DNA of 64,000 bases from Malacoraja senta (Eukaryota): NCBI GenBank assembly GCA_038087875.1, contig CM075992.1, positions 5,272,001 through 5,336,000 on the forward strand, written 5' to 3'. Positions 1 through 11,983 of this stretch are shown here, piece after piece. Position 1 is the stretch's first letter. Each line of letters begins with the position of its first letter. The notes beneath the pieces are model-generated. The model was given only the letters and a program-made list of their open reading frames with translations. It had not been told where the DNA came from and did no database searches. The translations under genes and the position numbers were made by a program.

Positions 1-114
1 CCATTTCTTTCACACGCATTCCTTCTCCCCTGAGATGCTGCCTGTCCCGCTGAGTTACTCCAGCTTTTTGTGTCCATCTTCGGTGTAAACCAGCATCTGC
101 AGTTCCTTCCTACA
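1..114 (+). mobile_element. Penelope-like element 3' end fragment
   Basis: Matches the recurrent PLE end gatgctgcctgtcccgctgagttactccagc...ccagcatctgcagttccttcctacac. Confidence 0.7.
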
Positions 115-297
115 CATCGCTTCCACAATTCCGTCCGCTAGTCTGACCCAACCCTTCCCTTTGAACTGTGACCAACAACTATGCTCTCGCTGTAGGACAC
201 AAGAATTTCACCTCGTCACAGTCGCATTGTTTACATTCTGGTGTGTACCAGCACTGACTTATTAAGGAGTATTTAGAGGCGTGTAGCGCGGAAACAG

Positions 298-442
298 ACA
301 GAGGTGTCCAGACAGAAATGTCCGAGAGTGGGCTCAACTGGGGAGACCTCGAAAAAACTGCCAACAACCGAGTGAGGTGGAGGACATTTGTCAATGGCCA
401 ATGCTCCCTAGAGGAGCAAAGGGCTTAAGAAGAAGAAGAAGA
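298..442 (+). mobile_element. RTE-clade LINE 3' end, 5'-truncated, (GAA)n tail
   Basis: Translates RGVQTEMSESGLNWGDLEKTANNRVRWRTFVNGQCS (RTE ORF C-terminus-like). 13-bp TSD agcgcggaaacag at 285-297 and 443-455. Confidence 0.8.
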
Positions 443-1212
443 AGCGCGGAAACAGGCCATTTGGCCCAACACATCCATACTATGCCCCATCTAAGCTATT
501 TCGATTTGCGTTTGGCCCATAGTTACATAGTTGAGTTTGGCCCATAAGTTACATAGAAGATAGAAGAGTACAGGTCAGCAACTGGCCCTTCGGCCCACAA
601 TCTTCATGCTGAACATGAAGCCAAGTTAGACTAATCTCCTCTGCCTGCACGTGATCCATATCCCACAATTCCTTGCATACCCATGTGCCTATCCAAAAGC
701 CTCAAATGCCAATATCACATCTGCCTCCACCACCATCCCTAGCTGAGCCGACCAGTCACCCACCATTCTGTATGAAAAAATACACCTGGAACACTGAGCA
801 CAGTTTGCTTATAACACGGTCGGGACCTCCATCTTAAACAATGGGTACCAGGGTACAAGTGGAGGAGGGGATTGCCCATCAACTTGCATTGCCTGGCCTC
901 TTGTTGCATAGCAACAAAGGGCAGGTGGCCAGGGTGAAACCTGCTCAGTAAAGAATGCTGCCTATTCTTCATTCACTGGAGAGGTTGAAAGCAGCTGATC
1001 CCATATCCCCCGCACATACTGCTAACTCTAAAACCACAGGCTCATTATCGTTTTTTCCTCACCTGCCTGATGTTGTAAAGCTTGTTGATGCTAATTAGTG
1101 GTTTCCTCTTTAAATATAATATGCAGTTCCTGCCTTAGACAGACGTGTGAACGAGTGAAGCGGGAGAAATATTTATCCAACCTCTACACAGACGGCTCTC
1201 CACAACGTCTCT

Positions 1213-1500
1213 GGACGGCACAGGGGCGGTATTGCTGCCTTACAGCGCCAGTGACCCGGGTTCAATCCTGACTATGGGTGTTGTCCGTACGGAGTTTGTA
1301 CATCGTCCCCTTGACCCCGTGGATTTTCTCCGGTTTCCTCCCACACTCCAAAGTCGTACAGGTTTGATAGACTAATTGGCATGGTAAAATTGTAAATTGT
1401 CCCTAATGCGTAGGATAGTGTCAACGTGCGATTATCGCTGGTCGGCACGGACTCAGTGGGCCGAAGGGCCTGTTTCCACGCTGTATCTCTAGAATCTAAA
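1213..1500 (+). mobile_element. HE1-type tRNA-derived V-SINE
   Basis: B box GGTTCAATCC, V-domain ggagtttgtac...ggtttcctcccacactccaaag, and CR1-shared tail gggccgaagggcctgtttcc. Confidence 0.85.
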
Positions 1501-2037
1501 GTCTTCCTTTGTCTGAAATCATTCTTTGTACATTGTCCTTGGTGTGTAGGATAGTGTTAATGGTCAGGAATCGCTGGTCGGCACGGACTCGGTGGGCCGA
1601 AGGAGCTGTTTCCATGCTGTATCACTAAACTAAACTAAGACAGCACCCAAGGTCAGGATTGAACCTGGGATGTGGAACTGTGAGCCATGCCTGGGTGAGC
1701 ATGTCACATGACAATCATTGGCCCTCTGAAGCCATGATTGAGGCATCTTCCTGTCTTTTTTTGGAAATCATTGATCATGGCATAAAAACAGGTGGGACAA
1801 GGCGTAATGAGGATACAAACTGTTTTACATTTTGATGGAGCATTTCTTTTAAAAATAATTGACCCCAATGAGCAACTTGGAACTGCCTCAAAAAGGCAGC
1901 CAGCATGATCAGAGACCCATGCCACCCCGACCACGCTCTCATTTCCCTCCTTCCATTGGCAAGTAGAGGAGCCCGAAAACTGTAACGTCCAGGTTCAGGA
2001 ACAGCTTCTTCCCTACAACCACCAGGCTATTAAACAC

Positions 2038-2168
2038 GTGTTTAAGAAGGAACTGCAGATGCTGGAAAATCGAAGGTGGACAAAAGTGCTGGAGAAACTC
2101 AGCGGGTGCAGCAGCATCTATGGAGCGAAGGAAATAGGCAACGTTTCGGGCCGAAACCCTTCTTCAGA
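2038..2168 (-). mobile_element. Short Penelope-like insertion with hammerhead motif
   Basis: 15-bp TSD caggctattaaacac at 2023-2037 and 2169-2183. The element begins at the CTGAAGA core. Confidence 0.8.
2140..2167 (-). ncRNA. Minimal hammerhead ribozyme motif (PLE subfamily with UUCG loop)
   Basis: Minus strand reads CUGAAGA-A-GGGU-UUCG-GCCC-GAAAC-GUU. Confidence 0.6.
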
Positions 2169-2586
2169 CAGGCTATTAAACACTACAACCTCCAAATAGG
2201 CTCCAAACTACATAGACATGGGGACATTATTTTTGCAATGCTATTATCTTGTTATATGTCTGTTTGTTTATATATATTTAGTGGTAAAATGGAGAGAATA
2301 ACGTTGGCTTAGATTAGTGTAAATGTGTGGTTCATGGCTAGTGTGGACTTGACCTTGAGTTAGAGATACAGCATGATGAACATTTGGAATTCACTACCCA
2401 AAATGTAGGGACTCAATGCTCAAATATGTTTGAAACAGAGAGCAATAAGATTTCTGGGTGTTAAAGGAATCAAAGAAGATAGGGTTAGTGCAGCAAAATG
2501 CATCTGAGCTAAGTGATGTTCTTGATTGACACAGCAGACTCGAAGCATCAAAGATGAGCAGAAGTAGACCGTTCAACTTGTCATGT

Positions 2587-3001
2587 GTAGGAAGGAACTG
2601 CAGATGCTGGTTTAAATCAAAGATAGACACAAAATGCTGGACTAACTCAGCGGGACAGGCAGCATCTCTGGAGAGAAGGAATGGGTGACGTTTCGGGTCG
2701 AGACCCTTCTTCAGACTGATGTCAGGGGAGTGGGCGGGACAGAGATAGAATGTGGTCGGAGACAGTAAGACTGGTTGGAGAACTGGGAAGGGGGAGGGGA
2801 TGGAGAGAGGGGGAAAGCAAGGGCTACTTGAAGTTAGAGAAGTCAATGTTCATACCGCCCAAGCTGTTCCTCCAATTTGCATTGGGCCTCACTCTGACAA
2901 TGGAGGAGGCCCAGGGCAGTGTGGGAATGGGAGGGGGAGTTAAAGTGTTGAGCAACCGGGAGATCAAGTAGGTTTAGGCGGACTGAATGGACTGAGCGGA
3001 G
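2587..3001 (-). mobile_element. Penelope-like element, 5'-truncated: GIY-YIG C-terminus plus 3' UTR/pLTR
   Basis: Minus frames give DLPVAQHFNSPSHSHT..LGLLHCQSEAQCKLEEQ and MNIDFSNFK*. 16-bp TSD gttcaacttgtcatgt at 2571-2586 and 3002-3017. Confidence 0.85.
2687..2714 (-). ncRNA. Minimal hammerhead ribozyme motif
   Basis: CUGAAGA-A-GGGU-CUCG-ACCC-GAAAC-GUC. Confidence 0.65.
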
Positions 3002-3504
3002 GTTCAACTTGTCATGTCTGCTTTGCCATTCAATATGATCATGCCTGATTCTTTGTCTCCATCCCATATTCATGTTCTCTCCCCATATACCCATTGATGT
3101 CTAGAGATCCATCTGTATCTCCCTTGAACATATTCAGGAACTTGGTCCCCTCAGCTTCTCGCTCTCAGTGAAAGGAAGCATCATACTCTATGTCCTGAAA
3201 CTGATGCCCTCCTTCCATACCCTATGGGCAGTGGAAGACATCCTCCCCACAGCAATCTGTTTCTGAAGTCTGTACCTGCCTCAAAGCCTCGCCTGTCCAT
3301 TGCCTCCACAGATGCTGCCCGAGTTTCTTCAGCACTTTGTGTTTTGCTCAAGGTTCCAGCATCAGCAGTTGCTTGTCTCGCCCTTTCAGAAATGTCTGCG
3401 AATGACCAGATACCTTACAGCACCTAATTCTTATGCTTTTTACCTAGAAAGTGCGTATGAAAACTCGGTCTCCAGTTTCAACGAAGTACCAGCTTCAAAG
3501 TCGC

Positions 3505-3780
3505 CTTGTTGAGTCTCATTGTCTGTAACCCGTTTTCACCTAGCCCACGGCTAACCATGGCCCATTTCCTTCATTACTTTTTTGCATATTTCATTCATTT
3601 GTTCTATATCAACATCTATATCTCTTGTTTCCCTTTCCCCTGACTCTGTCTGAAGAAGGATCTCGACCCGAAACGTCACCTATTCCTTTTCTCCAAAGAT
3701 GCCGCCTGTCCCGCTGAGTTACTCCAGCTTTTTGTGTCTATCTTAGCTTTAAACCAGCATCTGCAGTTCCTTCCTGCACA
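3505..3780 (+). mobile_element. Penelope-like 3' region with hammerhead motif (3650-3677)
   Basis: ctgaagaaggatctcgacccgaaacgtc followed by the standard PLE end. Confidence 0.7.
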
Positions 3781-4889
3781 TTAAATCAATCTACGCTCAG
3801 TCTCCCACTTTTATTCCTCAGGAAGGGCCTCTACATTGGTTCATTGGTACTATAATGTCATATGTACCTAGATACAGTGAAATTCTGTTTTGTAAGAAAT
3901 ATCCAAACACAAAAGGGTTGGCTGGTAGGCAAAGCGCAGATGTATCATGCCCATTGCCCAGTTACCTTGTTCAGCTGGCACATGGTATGATGTCAGTATC
4001 TAGTTTGCATTCCACATCAGTGAAATAATCTATGCCCCCACCCTACCCTCATCCCCTCATCCTCACCGTCTCCTCCCTCCAGCCCCCGCAACGCAAACGT
4101 GTCCAGTATATTCTCCCTCTCACCTTCTACATCCACTGGCTCCACTCCCCCTCCCACACACCCACTGAGACACTAAACGCAAAGCCAGCAAGCGTGTTCA
4201 GAATCTACCCTGCCCCAATCCCTTGGATCAGCCCTGCCCAGCCTTCATTAAGCCTGATACGTGCCAGTTCTTGCAGGGCAGTTCCACATTGTCTAAACCA
4301 CATTAGAGACCCGTAGAGAAAGGCAGACTGTTGTAAAGTAGATCAGGCCCATTCATAGCCTACACCCAGTGCGTACCCTCTTGCAAGCCACCTACCGATG
4401 CTATCTGTTCAATAATACTTTGATTCCTGCAATTTGACAAAGGATTGCTGTTTCGATGCCCTGGCAAATGTGTTGGTTACAGATCCGTAATAGTTTTCAA
4501 CCCAGCCTGTGAAAGCTAACAAAGAGGACAGTGTCTCTTTAAGCACCTTGCTGCACATTGCACTGGGCTCCCAGCCCCCAATCGCCAGTTCCTATGGCGA
4601 CGCAGCAGCGTATTTGTTCTCTGGGCTGTGGCTGCCGTTCACCAGGATCTCTCGAAAACAAAGTGGCCGATCACTTTGGGGACCTTCACTCCCCCCGGTG
4701 TTTCTCCCCCACCATGACTTCACCAAACCTGCCCCCCCCCCCCCATTTCCAACCTCACTCCGCTGGGCAGATGAAGGGAAGAGAGCTTGGAAGGTGTGGG
4801 GTGTAGACGGGCGAGACATTTTCCGTCCTAAGTGTTGATCAGAGGGTGGGACAACCTCCGCCTAAGGTGGACACAACATGCTTGAGTAA

Positions 4890-5424
4890 AGGGCCTGTCC
4901 CACGAGCATGCGACTGCATGCGGCTAGCGTGACATAATGTGGTCGCGCTAGCCGTGCGGCCTCGCGGGGCCGGTCCCACTTCGATCGCCGGAGCCGTATA
5001 GCCGTATGGAGTTGTGCGGAGCTGGTCCCGACATCGCGCGGGGCTCCGAAAAACTGACACTGTTCGAAAATTCCGCGCGGCAAAGACCTGCCGGTCCGCT
5101 GCAGCATGGAGGCCGCACGCAGCGTCTTGACGGCGTATGCAGCATCTTGACGCCGTACGCCTAGTGCGTAGCATTGCGCGGTGACGTCACCGCCCGGCGT
5201 GCCGTTGCGTGATGTCGTAACCGCCCGACGCCGTGCGACATCCAAATTCAGTCGGCCCGCCTCCTGCCCAGCTGATTGGTGAGTATGATGTCGGGACCAG
5301 CCCCGCACAACTCCAGACGGCTCCGCGGTTGGAAGTGGGACCGGCCCCGTGAGGCCGTACGCCTCAAGCCACCCCGTTTGGTCGCGCTAGACGCATGCAA
5401 CCGCATGCTGGTGGGACAGGCCCT
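4890..5424. mobile_element. PIF/Harbinger-type MITE, 535 bp, inserted in a PLE end
   Basis: Termini AGGGCCTGTCCCAC / GTGGGACAGGCCCT, about 140-bp imperfect inverted arms, TAA TSD (4887-4889, 5425-5427). Removal restores gagTAActcagcggg. Confidence 0.9.
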
Positions 5425-5623
5425 TAACTCAGCGGGTCAGGCTGCATCTCTAAAGAACATGAACAGGCAACATTTCAGCTTGACACCTTTCATCAATCTG
5501 AACAAGGGTCCAGACCCGAAATGACACCAATCCGTGCTCTCCAGAGATGCTGCCTGACCCGCTGAGTTACTCCAGCATTTTGTGTCTATCTCTGGTACAA
5601 ACCAGGATCTGTAGTTCTTTGTT

Positions 5624-5904
5624 TAAGAAGGAACTGCAGATGCTGGAAAATCGAAGGTAGACAAAAATGCTGGAGAAACTCAGTGGGTGCGGCAGCATCT
5701 ATGGAGCGAAGGGAATAGGCAACGTTTTGGGCCGAAACCCTTCTTCAGACTGATGTAAGGGTGGGGGGGGGGGGGCGGGAAGAAGAAAGGAAGAGGAGGA
5801 GCCAGAGGGCTAGAGGGAGAGCTGAGAAGGGGAGGAGACGGTAAGGACTACCTGAAATTAGAGAAGTCAATGTTCATACCGCTGGGGTACAAACTGCCCA
5901 AGCA
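5624..5904 (-). mobile_element. Penelope-like element 3' portion
   Basis: Ends its ORF with MNIDFSNFR*. 17-bp TSD atctgtagttctttgtt at 5607-5623 and 5905-5921. Confidence 0.8.
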
Positions 5905-6055
5905 ATCTGTAGTTCTTTGTTATAAACAACCTTTCCCTATTAGAATCAACCCTGGAATCTCCGATTGATGTCCTCCCGAACAAGCGAGATGTCTTCCCTC
6001 ACTTAACTCAACATCACAGGGTATCTGAAGCATGATAGAAGCGTAAGTAATACAA

Positions 6056-6333
6056 GAATAAGGAGTAAGCCATTTAGAACGGAGATGAGGAAACACTTTT
6101 TCTCACAGAGAGTGGTGAGTGTGTGGAATTCTCTGCCTCAGAGGGTGGTGGAGGTCGGTTCTCTGGATACTTTCAAGAGAGAGCTAGATAGGGCTCTTAA
6201 AAATAGCGGAGTCAGGGGATATGGGGAAAAGGCAGGAACGGGGTACTGATTGGGGATGATCAGCCATGATCACATTGAATGGAGGTGCTGGCTCGAAGGG
6301 CCGAATGGCCTACTCCTGCACCTATTGTCTATT
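6056..6333 (+). mobile_element. CR1 (HER1-like) LINE 3' fragment
   Basis: FRTEMRKHFFSQRVVSVWNSLP motif and CR1 3' UTR gctcgaagggccgaatggcctactcctgc. Confidence 0.85.
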
Positions 6334-6792
6334 GGCATAAGAAAGTACGATTCAGTTTCTCATAGGCCTACAGCACAGAAACAGGCCGTTTAGCCCACTG
6401 AATCCATGCTGACCATCAAGCACCCATCTACATCAATCGTAGACTCATCCCAATTATTTTCCCCATATTCCCATCTAATCTTCCAGATTCTACCCAAGTT
6501 TACAGTGGCCAGCCAACCTGCACAACTTTGGGATATGGGATGATATTATAGCACCCAGGCGATGCTGTCCTAGTTTTCAGGTTTTCAGACCCAAAATGTC
6601 GACCATCCCTTTCCCTCCTCAGATGCTGCCTGACCTGCTGAGTTCCTTCAACAGCTAGTTTTGTTTTTGGCTCCACTAGTCACCGCCTGTCAACCTGAAA
6701 AACAACTCATTCATTCAGACTCTTGGCTTTCTGTCCAATAATCAGTTTTCAATTGGTGTTAGTAGACTCCCTCAATTCCATGTGCACTAACC

Positions 6793-7090
6793 GGGCACAG
6801 CTGGTAGTGCCACCACCGCACAGCACTGGAGAGCCAGTTCGATTCAACCTCGGGTGCTGACTGTGTGGAGTTTGCACGTTCTCCCTGTGACTGCGTGGGT
6901 TCCCTCCGGGTGCTCTGGTCTCCTCCCACATTCCAAAGACGTGCAGGTTTGTAGGTGAACTGGCCTCTGGTGTGTCAGCAGTGGATGAGAACGTGGGATA
7001 ACATAGAGCTAGTGCGAATGGTGATGGATGGTCAGCGTGGACTTGGTGGGCCGAAGGGCCTGTTTCCACATTGTATCTTTCAATTAATCA
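6793..7090 (+). mobile_element. Older HE1-type V-SINE
   Basis: V-domain gtgtggagtttgcacgttctccc and CR1-like tail. Confidence 0.75.
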
Positions 7091-7377
7091 AACTTGCTGA
7101 CCAACATCATGTGTGGGAGTTTTTAAAAGCTTGCAAAGGTCCGATTATCCGGTCCGATTACACCACATTCACCGCTTCTCCTTATCTCCTCCATAAGTCT
7201 CAAAGAACACCAGTAGATCACAAGGTGACTTTCCCATCATAAATCCACACAGACTCTGATCAATCCTATTGTTCTTCCCAAGGCGTTTTGTTGGTACGTT
7301 ATTCATTTTTGATTGCAGAATTCCCCCTGTTACTGACGTTAGGCTCAGCAGTTAGCAGTTCCCTGTTTTTTCTCTCC

Positions 7378-7808
7378 TAGTCGTAGTAGGCCCCCTCGGT
7401 TATGACTGACCATGGGTGATACATCCTAGTTTGCAGGTGATGTGTGGTCGGATGCAAGCCTGGGTGATCGATGTCATATGGAGGACAGGCTGTTGCCCAT
7501 GCAGCACGTCCCCCCTCTCCACGTCGCTGATCGATCCAAAGGAACAGCGGGGCCGTTACAGTTTGGCACCAGCGCCGTCGCAGGAGCTGCCAGAGCGAGG
7601 TTGTAGACAACGAGGAACTGCCTTAGGGGCTCCGGCTCCGGATTTTCTTGAGGTTTACTCCTGGAGACTTTTCCATGACTGGATATGACCACAAGGCAGT
7701 GGAGGTTTGAAATCAGGGTTTTCCCTCTCCTAGATGGACTGCCTTCCCAGGCTGACGAGCCCCATCTGCCCGAGACTCGTGGGGGCGGGAGCGTCTACCC
7801 TCACGTGC
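7378..7808 (-). mobile_element. Non-autonomous RTE-derived element (RTE 5'UTR-like region fused to RTE-like 3' tail)
   Basis: Minus strand gggctcgtcagcctgggaaggcagtccatctaggagagggaaaaccctgatttcaaacctcc... resembles vertebrate RTE 5' UTRs and ends ccatggtcagtcataaccgagggggcctactacgacta. No ORF between. Family recognised from memory. Confidence 0.55.
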
Positions 7809-8628
7809 AAGTCTATATGTCTATATAGGCTTGAGCACATTGTTATAATCTTTGTTCTATAATGATGGTGTTTCCAGAGTACTATGTTAACATATCTATC
7901 AAGCTGCTGCAAGTTATAATTTCATTGTTGCGTTTAGGAACATATGACAATAAATCACGCTTGACTCTTGATCACAAATCCTATCCTTCACTTCCCAGGA
8001 ACAATTCCAGAATGTAGAGAATTTCAGAAAACAATAAGCATGCCATCAACTTACTGCACCTGTAAGAGGTTACACAATGTGGTCGCCTGTATTTGAAAGA
8101 ACGTTGAAAACACCACTGACAGCTTTTTGGGCACGTTCAATTGTGTGATAATAATGATCTGAAAATCAGCCAACATCAGCTTAGATTTGTGGAGAGCCTT
8201 CAAAGAAGTAAATTCCCACAAGATGAGACAAGAAATAATGAGCAGCACAGAAAACTTTGGAAAAGAATAATAAATGTAAAGAACTTTTTTTCTCATATAT
8301 ATTCACTCTCAGAATGTGGGGAGATAGCATCAAATGTCTCCCAGCCATTTCATAAGGCAATTAAGATTCAAACGTATTAACAGGTCTCAAATTATATTGC
8401 CTGATGAAGCAGATCCTCAAGGAACCAGATGGGCTTTTATGACAATCTGTCAGTTTTAGGGCCATCGTTACTGAGACAGCTTTCAAATCCAGATTCACTT
8501 CAATTACCTGCTATGGTAAAGGATTTAATCTCACGTTCCTGCGTCAATAGAAACAGTGGTCCCAGTAACTTAACCATCGTGCTGCCATCCTCATTTAAAA
8601 TGATGGGGGGTGGAGTAGAGAAGCAGTG

Positions 8629-8750
8629 ATTCAAGATTCAAGAGAGTTTATTGTCATGTGTCCCAGATAGGACAATGAAATTCTTGCTTTGCTTCAGCAC
8701 ACAGAACATAGTAGGCATGAATACAGAACAGATCAGTGTGTCCGTATACC

Positions 8751-8826
<76 letters not shown>

Positions 8827-9068
8827 AATAAGCAGATAAAGTGCAATAGACTATTAAAGTTCAGATTTTTGTTTGAGTTGAGTTTAATAGTCTGATGGCT
8901 GTGGGGAAGTAGCTATTCCTGAACCTGGACTTTGCAGTCTTCAGGCTCCTGTACCTTCTACCTGAAGATAGTGGGAGATGAGTGTGTGGCCAGGATGGTG
9001 TGGGTCCTTGATGATGCTGCCAGCCTTTTTGAGGTGGCGACTGCGATAGATCCCCTCGATGGTAGGGA
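8629..9068 (-). mobile_element. Rex1/Babar LINE 3' fragment
   Basis: SGRRYRSLKTAKSRFRNSYFPTAIRLLNS in the minus ORF. Tail gacaataaa plus (CTTGAAT)n. Confidence 0.85.
8756..8818. repeat. (TA)n microsatellite
   Basis: Direct. Confidence 0.95.
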
Positions 9069-10044
9069 TCTAGGAAATGTTTGAAGAAATTCCTCCTCAT
9101 CTTTATTCTAGTACATCCTTTTATTCTTAGGCTGTGCCCTCTGGCCCTAGACTTTTCCATTACTGGAAACATCCTTTCTATGACCAGTGGGCATCCATCT
9201 CCATTAGACCACAGGTCCCCAGCAGAGGATGGCACATCCAACTTGACTTACTTATCACAACACAATTCGGCCATTGTCCATTCAGGTTCCTCAAGGATAA
9301 ATCGCACTAGGCCCGTTACCTCTCTTGTTTCCCTGAAGGCTTGTACCTCATTCTCTCCGATACATCCCCATCAACTCCCTTCCGTCTCGTGTGCCACTCG
9401 TCCAATGTGGCCAATTAACCCAGCAGCACGTTAGGAGGAAACCAAAGCTCAGAAAGATCACGGGGAGAATGCTCAAGGTGGACGTGGATAGCACCTGAGG
9501 GGCATTAACACTAACTAGCCCCCACCCCCCCCCCCCCCCCCAAATTAAACAGAGTATGAGCTGGAGAATTGTGGTACAGATACCACAGAACCAGACAAGA
9601 TTATGGAACAGGATAGGGAGAAGCCATGAAAAACATCTGGAACCAAGCACTAAATCGGCCTTCAACGGCTGCCGATTGCACATCTGGAAACACTTGGCTT
9701 GGACCTCTGCCTTCAATCAGACAGGGACAGAGTAGCACAGAGACATTCCTTCATTTCCGCATCAGTACGGGGGCAGTAAGTGGTTTATTTTTGTACTCCT
9801 ACGAGATGCACATTAGTCCCAAAAAGTACACATCTCTGCAAATCTCAAAATATAATTTTAACTCTTGGAGCACGGCAATGAGATTCCTGCTAGGAGGTGC
9901 CCAGTTTCATCTCCTGCGGGATTGAATTAACCTTGCAGTGGTCTCAATCACCTTCCATATTCAAGATTACACTCCCAATCACCTGACACTGACATTAATA
10001 ATGTCGCTAAATCTAATTTCTAGGCAATTGTTTCTTCATTCTAT

Positions 10045-10345
10045 AAACTTTAGAGATACAGTGTAGATACAGGCCCTTCGGCCCATTGAGTCCATGCCGA
10101 CCCGCAATCACCCCGTACACTAGCACTGCCCTACACACCAGGGAGAATTTTGCAACTTACCGAAGTCAATTAAACTACAAACTTAAACGTCTTTGGAGTG
10201 TGGGAGGAAACCAGAGCACCCAGAGAAATCTCACAAGATCACGGGGAGTACGTACAAACTCCATGGCAGACAGTACCCGTAGTCAGGATCGAACCTGGGT
10301 CTCTGGCACTATTAAGGCAACAAATCGACGGCTGTGCTGTTGTGC
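10045..10345 (-). mobile_element. HE1-type V-SINE
   Basis: Reverse complement of the SINE consensus, including the B box (ggatcgaacc). Confidence 0.8.
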
Positions 10346-10861
10346 TGTCCCTAAATTCTGGGAAGGGACTGAGGGGGAGTCTGGAGACCAGGGGGACCAT
10401 GAAGGTCTGAGAGCAGACATAACATGCCAGAGGTTCTCAGGTTCACAAGCAGAGTCGCCAAAAGAGAATGAGAAGTTATAATGCAGGTGGATTTTATAAA
10501 AGGCATTTGATAAAATAAAGTACTGCACATAAAAACAATTGGGAGGTATTGTTAAAATGGATAGAGGAATAATTAAAGGACAGAATATGAGGCAATTAAT
10601 ATTCATTAATGGTTTGTTAATTAAATTGATCAGCCGAAACAATGTATCACAGAATGATACTGTACCTGACACGACACAGGTGGAACTTCCCTGTAATGTT
10701 TCCAATAAAGACCATTCAGTCCTTCAATCCCATACTGGCTCTGATGGACTGAACAACTATTGAGCTAGTATGGTCAATAACAATCTACCACTCTGGAGAC
10801 TCTCAGATTATCTTTAATTGGACTTTATCTTGCACTAAACGCTATTGTGTTTATCTGTATG

Positions 10862-11061
10862 NNNNNNNNNNNNNNNNNNNNNNNNNNNNNNNNNNNNNNN
10901 NNNNNNNNNNNNNNNNNNNNNNNNNNNNNNNNNNNNNNNNNNNNNNNNNNNNNNNNNNNNNNNNNNNNNNNNNNNNNNNNNNNNNNNNNNNNNNNNNNNN
11001 NNNNNNNNNNNNNNNNNNNNNNNNNNNNNNNNNNNNNNNNNNNNNNNNNNNNNNNNNNNNN
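10862..11061. other. Assembly gap (200 N)
   Basis: Run of N. Confidence 1.
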
Positions 11062-11390
11062 CAGTTTTGTTTCAGCCAACGTTAAACTCTAGTCACCAGA
11101 GTGGAAAAAGCATTACGTGACATTTCATTTCAACTGCGTGCTATTTTCTATCCCATGGAGTTATCTGTAGGGAAAGATTTTCCTTCTGGTTGAAACGGCT
11201 GAATGTGAGAGAGTGAGGCCTCAGGGACATGGTTTTGCTGATTATGGCCTCCTGCACAGTGGGAAGTGGTGGGAAATTTCAGCAGCCTGTAATTTACTCC
11301 AGCTGCACAGTTCTTCATCTGACCCCATCCTCCGCCTGAAGCCTCTCGAGATATTTTTTTTTAATGACAGCTCCGATAGACGTGGGACAG

Positions 11391-11812
11391 CCCCACGCTG
11401 CCAGGCCCCTCACTGCTCCACACTGCCAGGCTCCTCACTGCTCCACGCTGCCAGGCCCCACTGCTCCATGCTGCCAGGCCCCTCACTGCTCCATGCTGCC
11501 AGGCCCCTCACTGCTCCATGCTGCCAGGCCCCACTGCTCCACACTGCTAGGCCCCACTGCTCCACGCTGCCATGCCCCTCACTGCTCCACGCTGCCAGGC
11601 CCCACACTGCTCCACGCTGCCAGACCCCACACTGCTCCACGCTGCCAGGCCCCACTGCTCCACGCTGCCAGGCCCATCACTGCTCCACGCTGCCAGGCCC
11701 GTCACTGCTCCACGCTGCCAGGCCCCTCACTGCTCCACGCTGCCAGGCCCCTCACTGCTCCACGCTGCCAGGCCCCACTGCTCCACACTGCCAGGCCCCT
11801 CACTGCTCCACA
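11391..11812. repeat. GC-rich minisatellite, 23-25-bp unit CCCC(TC)ACTGCTCCACGCTGCCAGG, about 17-18 copies
   Basis: Directly abutting tandem units with no spacers. Confidence 0.95.
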
Positions 11813-11983
11813 CATACTCTAAGGACATCAGTAAGCTGGAAAGAGCGCAGAGAAGATTCACGAGGATGTTGCCAGGACTTGTTGGCCTGAGCTAAAGGCG
11901 GCACAGCAGTAGAGCTGCTGTCTCACAGCGCTGGAGACCCGGGTTCGATCCCGACTATGGGTGCTGTCTGTATGGAGTTTGCA

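Larger units (their letters stand above)
1885..2280 (+). mobile_element. Rex1/Babar LINE 3' fragment interrupted by a PLE insertion
   Basis: Encodes a SRFRNSFFPTTTRLLN-like C-terminal motif. Confidence 0.7.

Noticed and set aside
1213..1275. tRNA genes at SINE heads (also 14540, 42895, 52270, 54820)
   Set aside because: A/B boxes continue directly into the V-domain and LINE tail, so these are SINEs, not tRNA genes.
4839..5524. Arg/Ala-rich ORFs and CpG-island appearance
   Set aside because: Entirely explained by the GC-rich MITE 4890-5424.
10825..11120. ORFs spanning N runs (also 49657-50177)
   Set aside because: Artefacts of assembly gaps.
11213..11895. 225-aa and overlapping Pro/Cys/His-rich ORFs, and a CRISPR-like look
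   Set aside because: Stop-free translation of a tandem minisatellite. Units abut with no unique spacers, there are no cas genes, and the context is eukaryotic.
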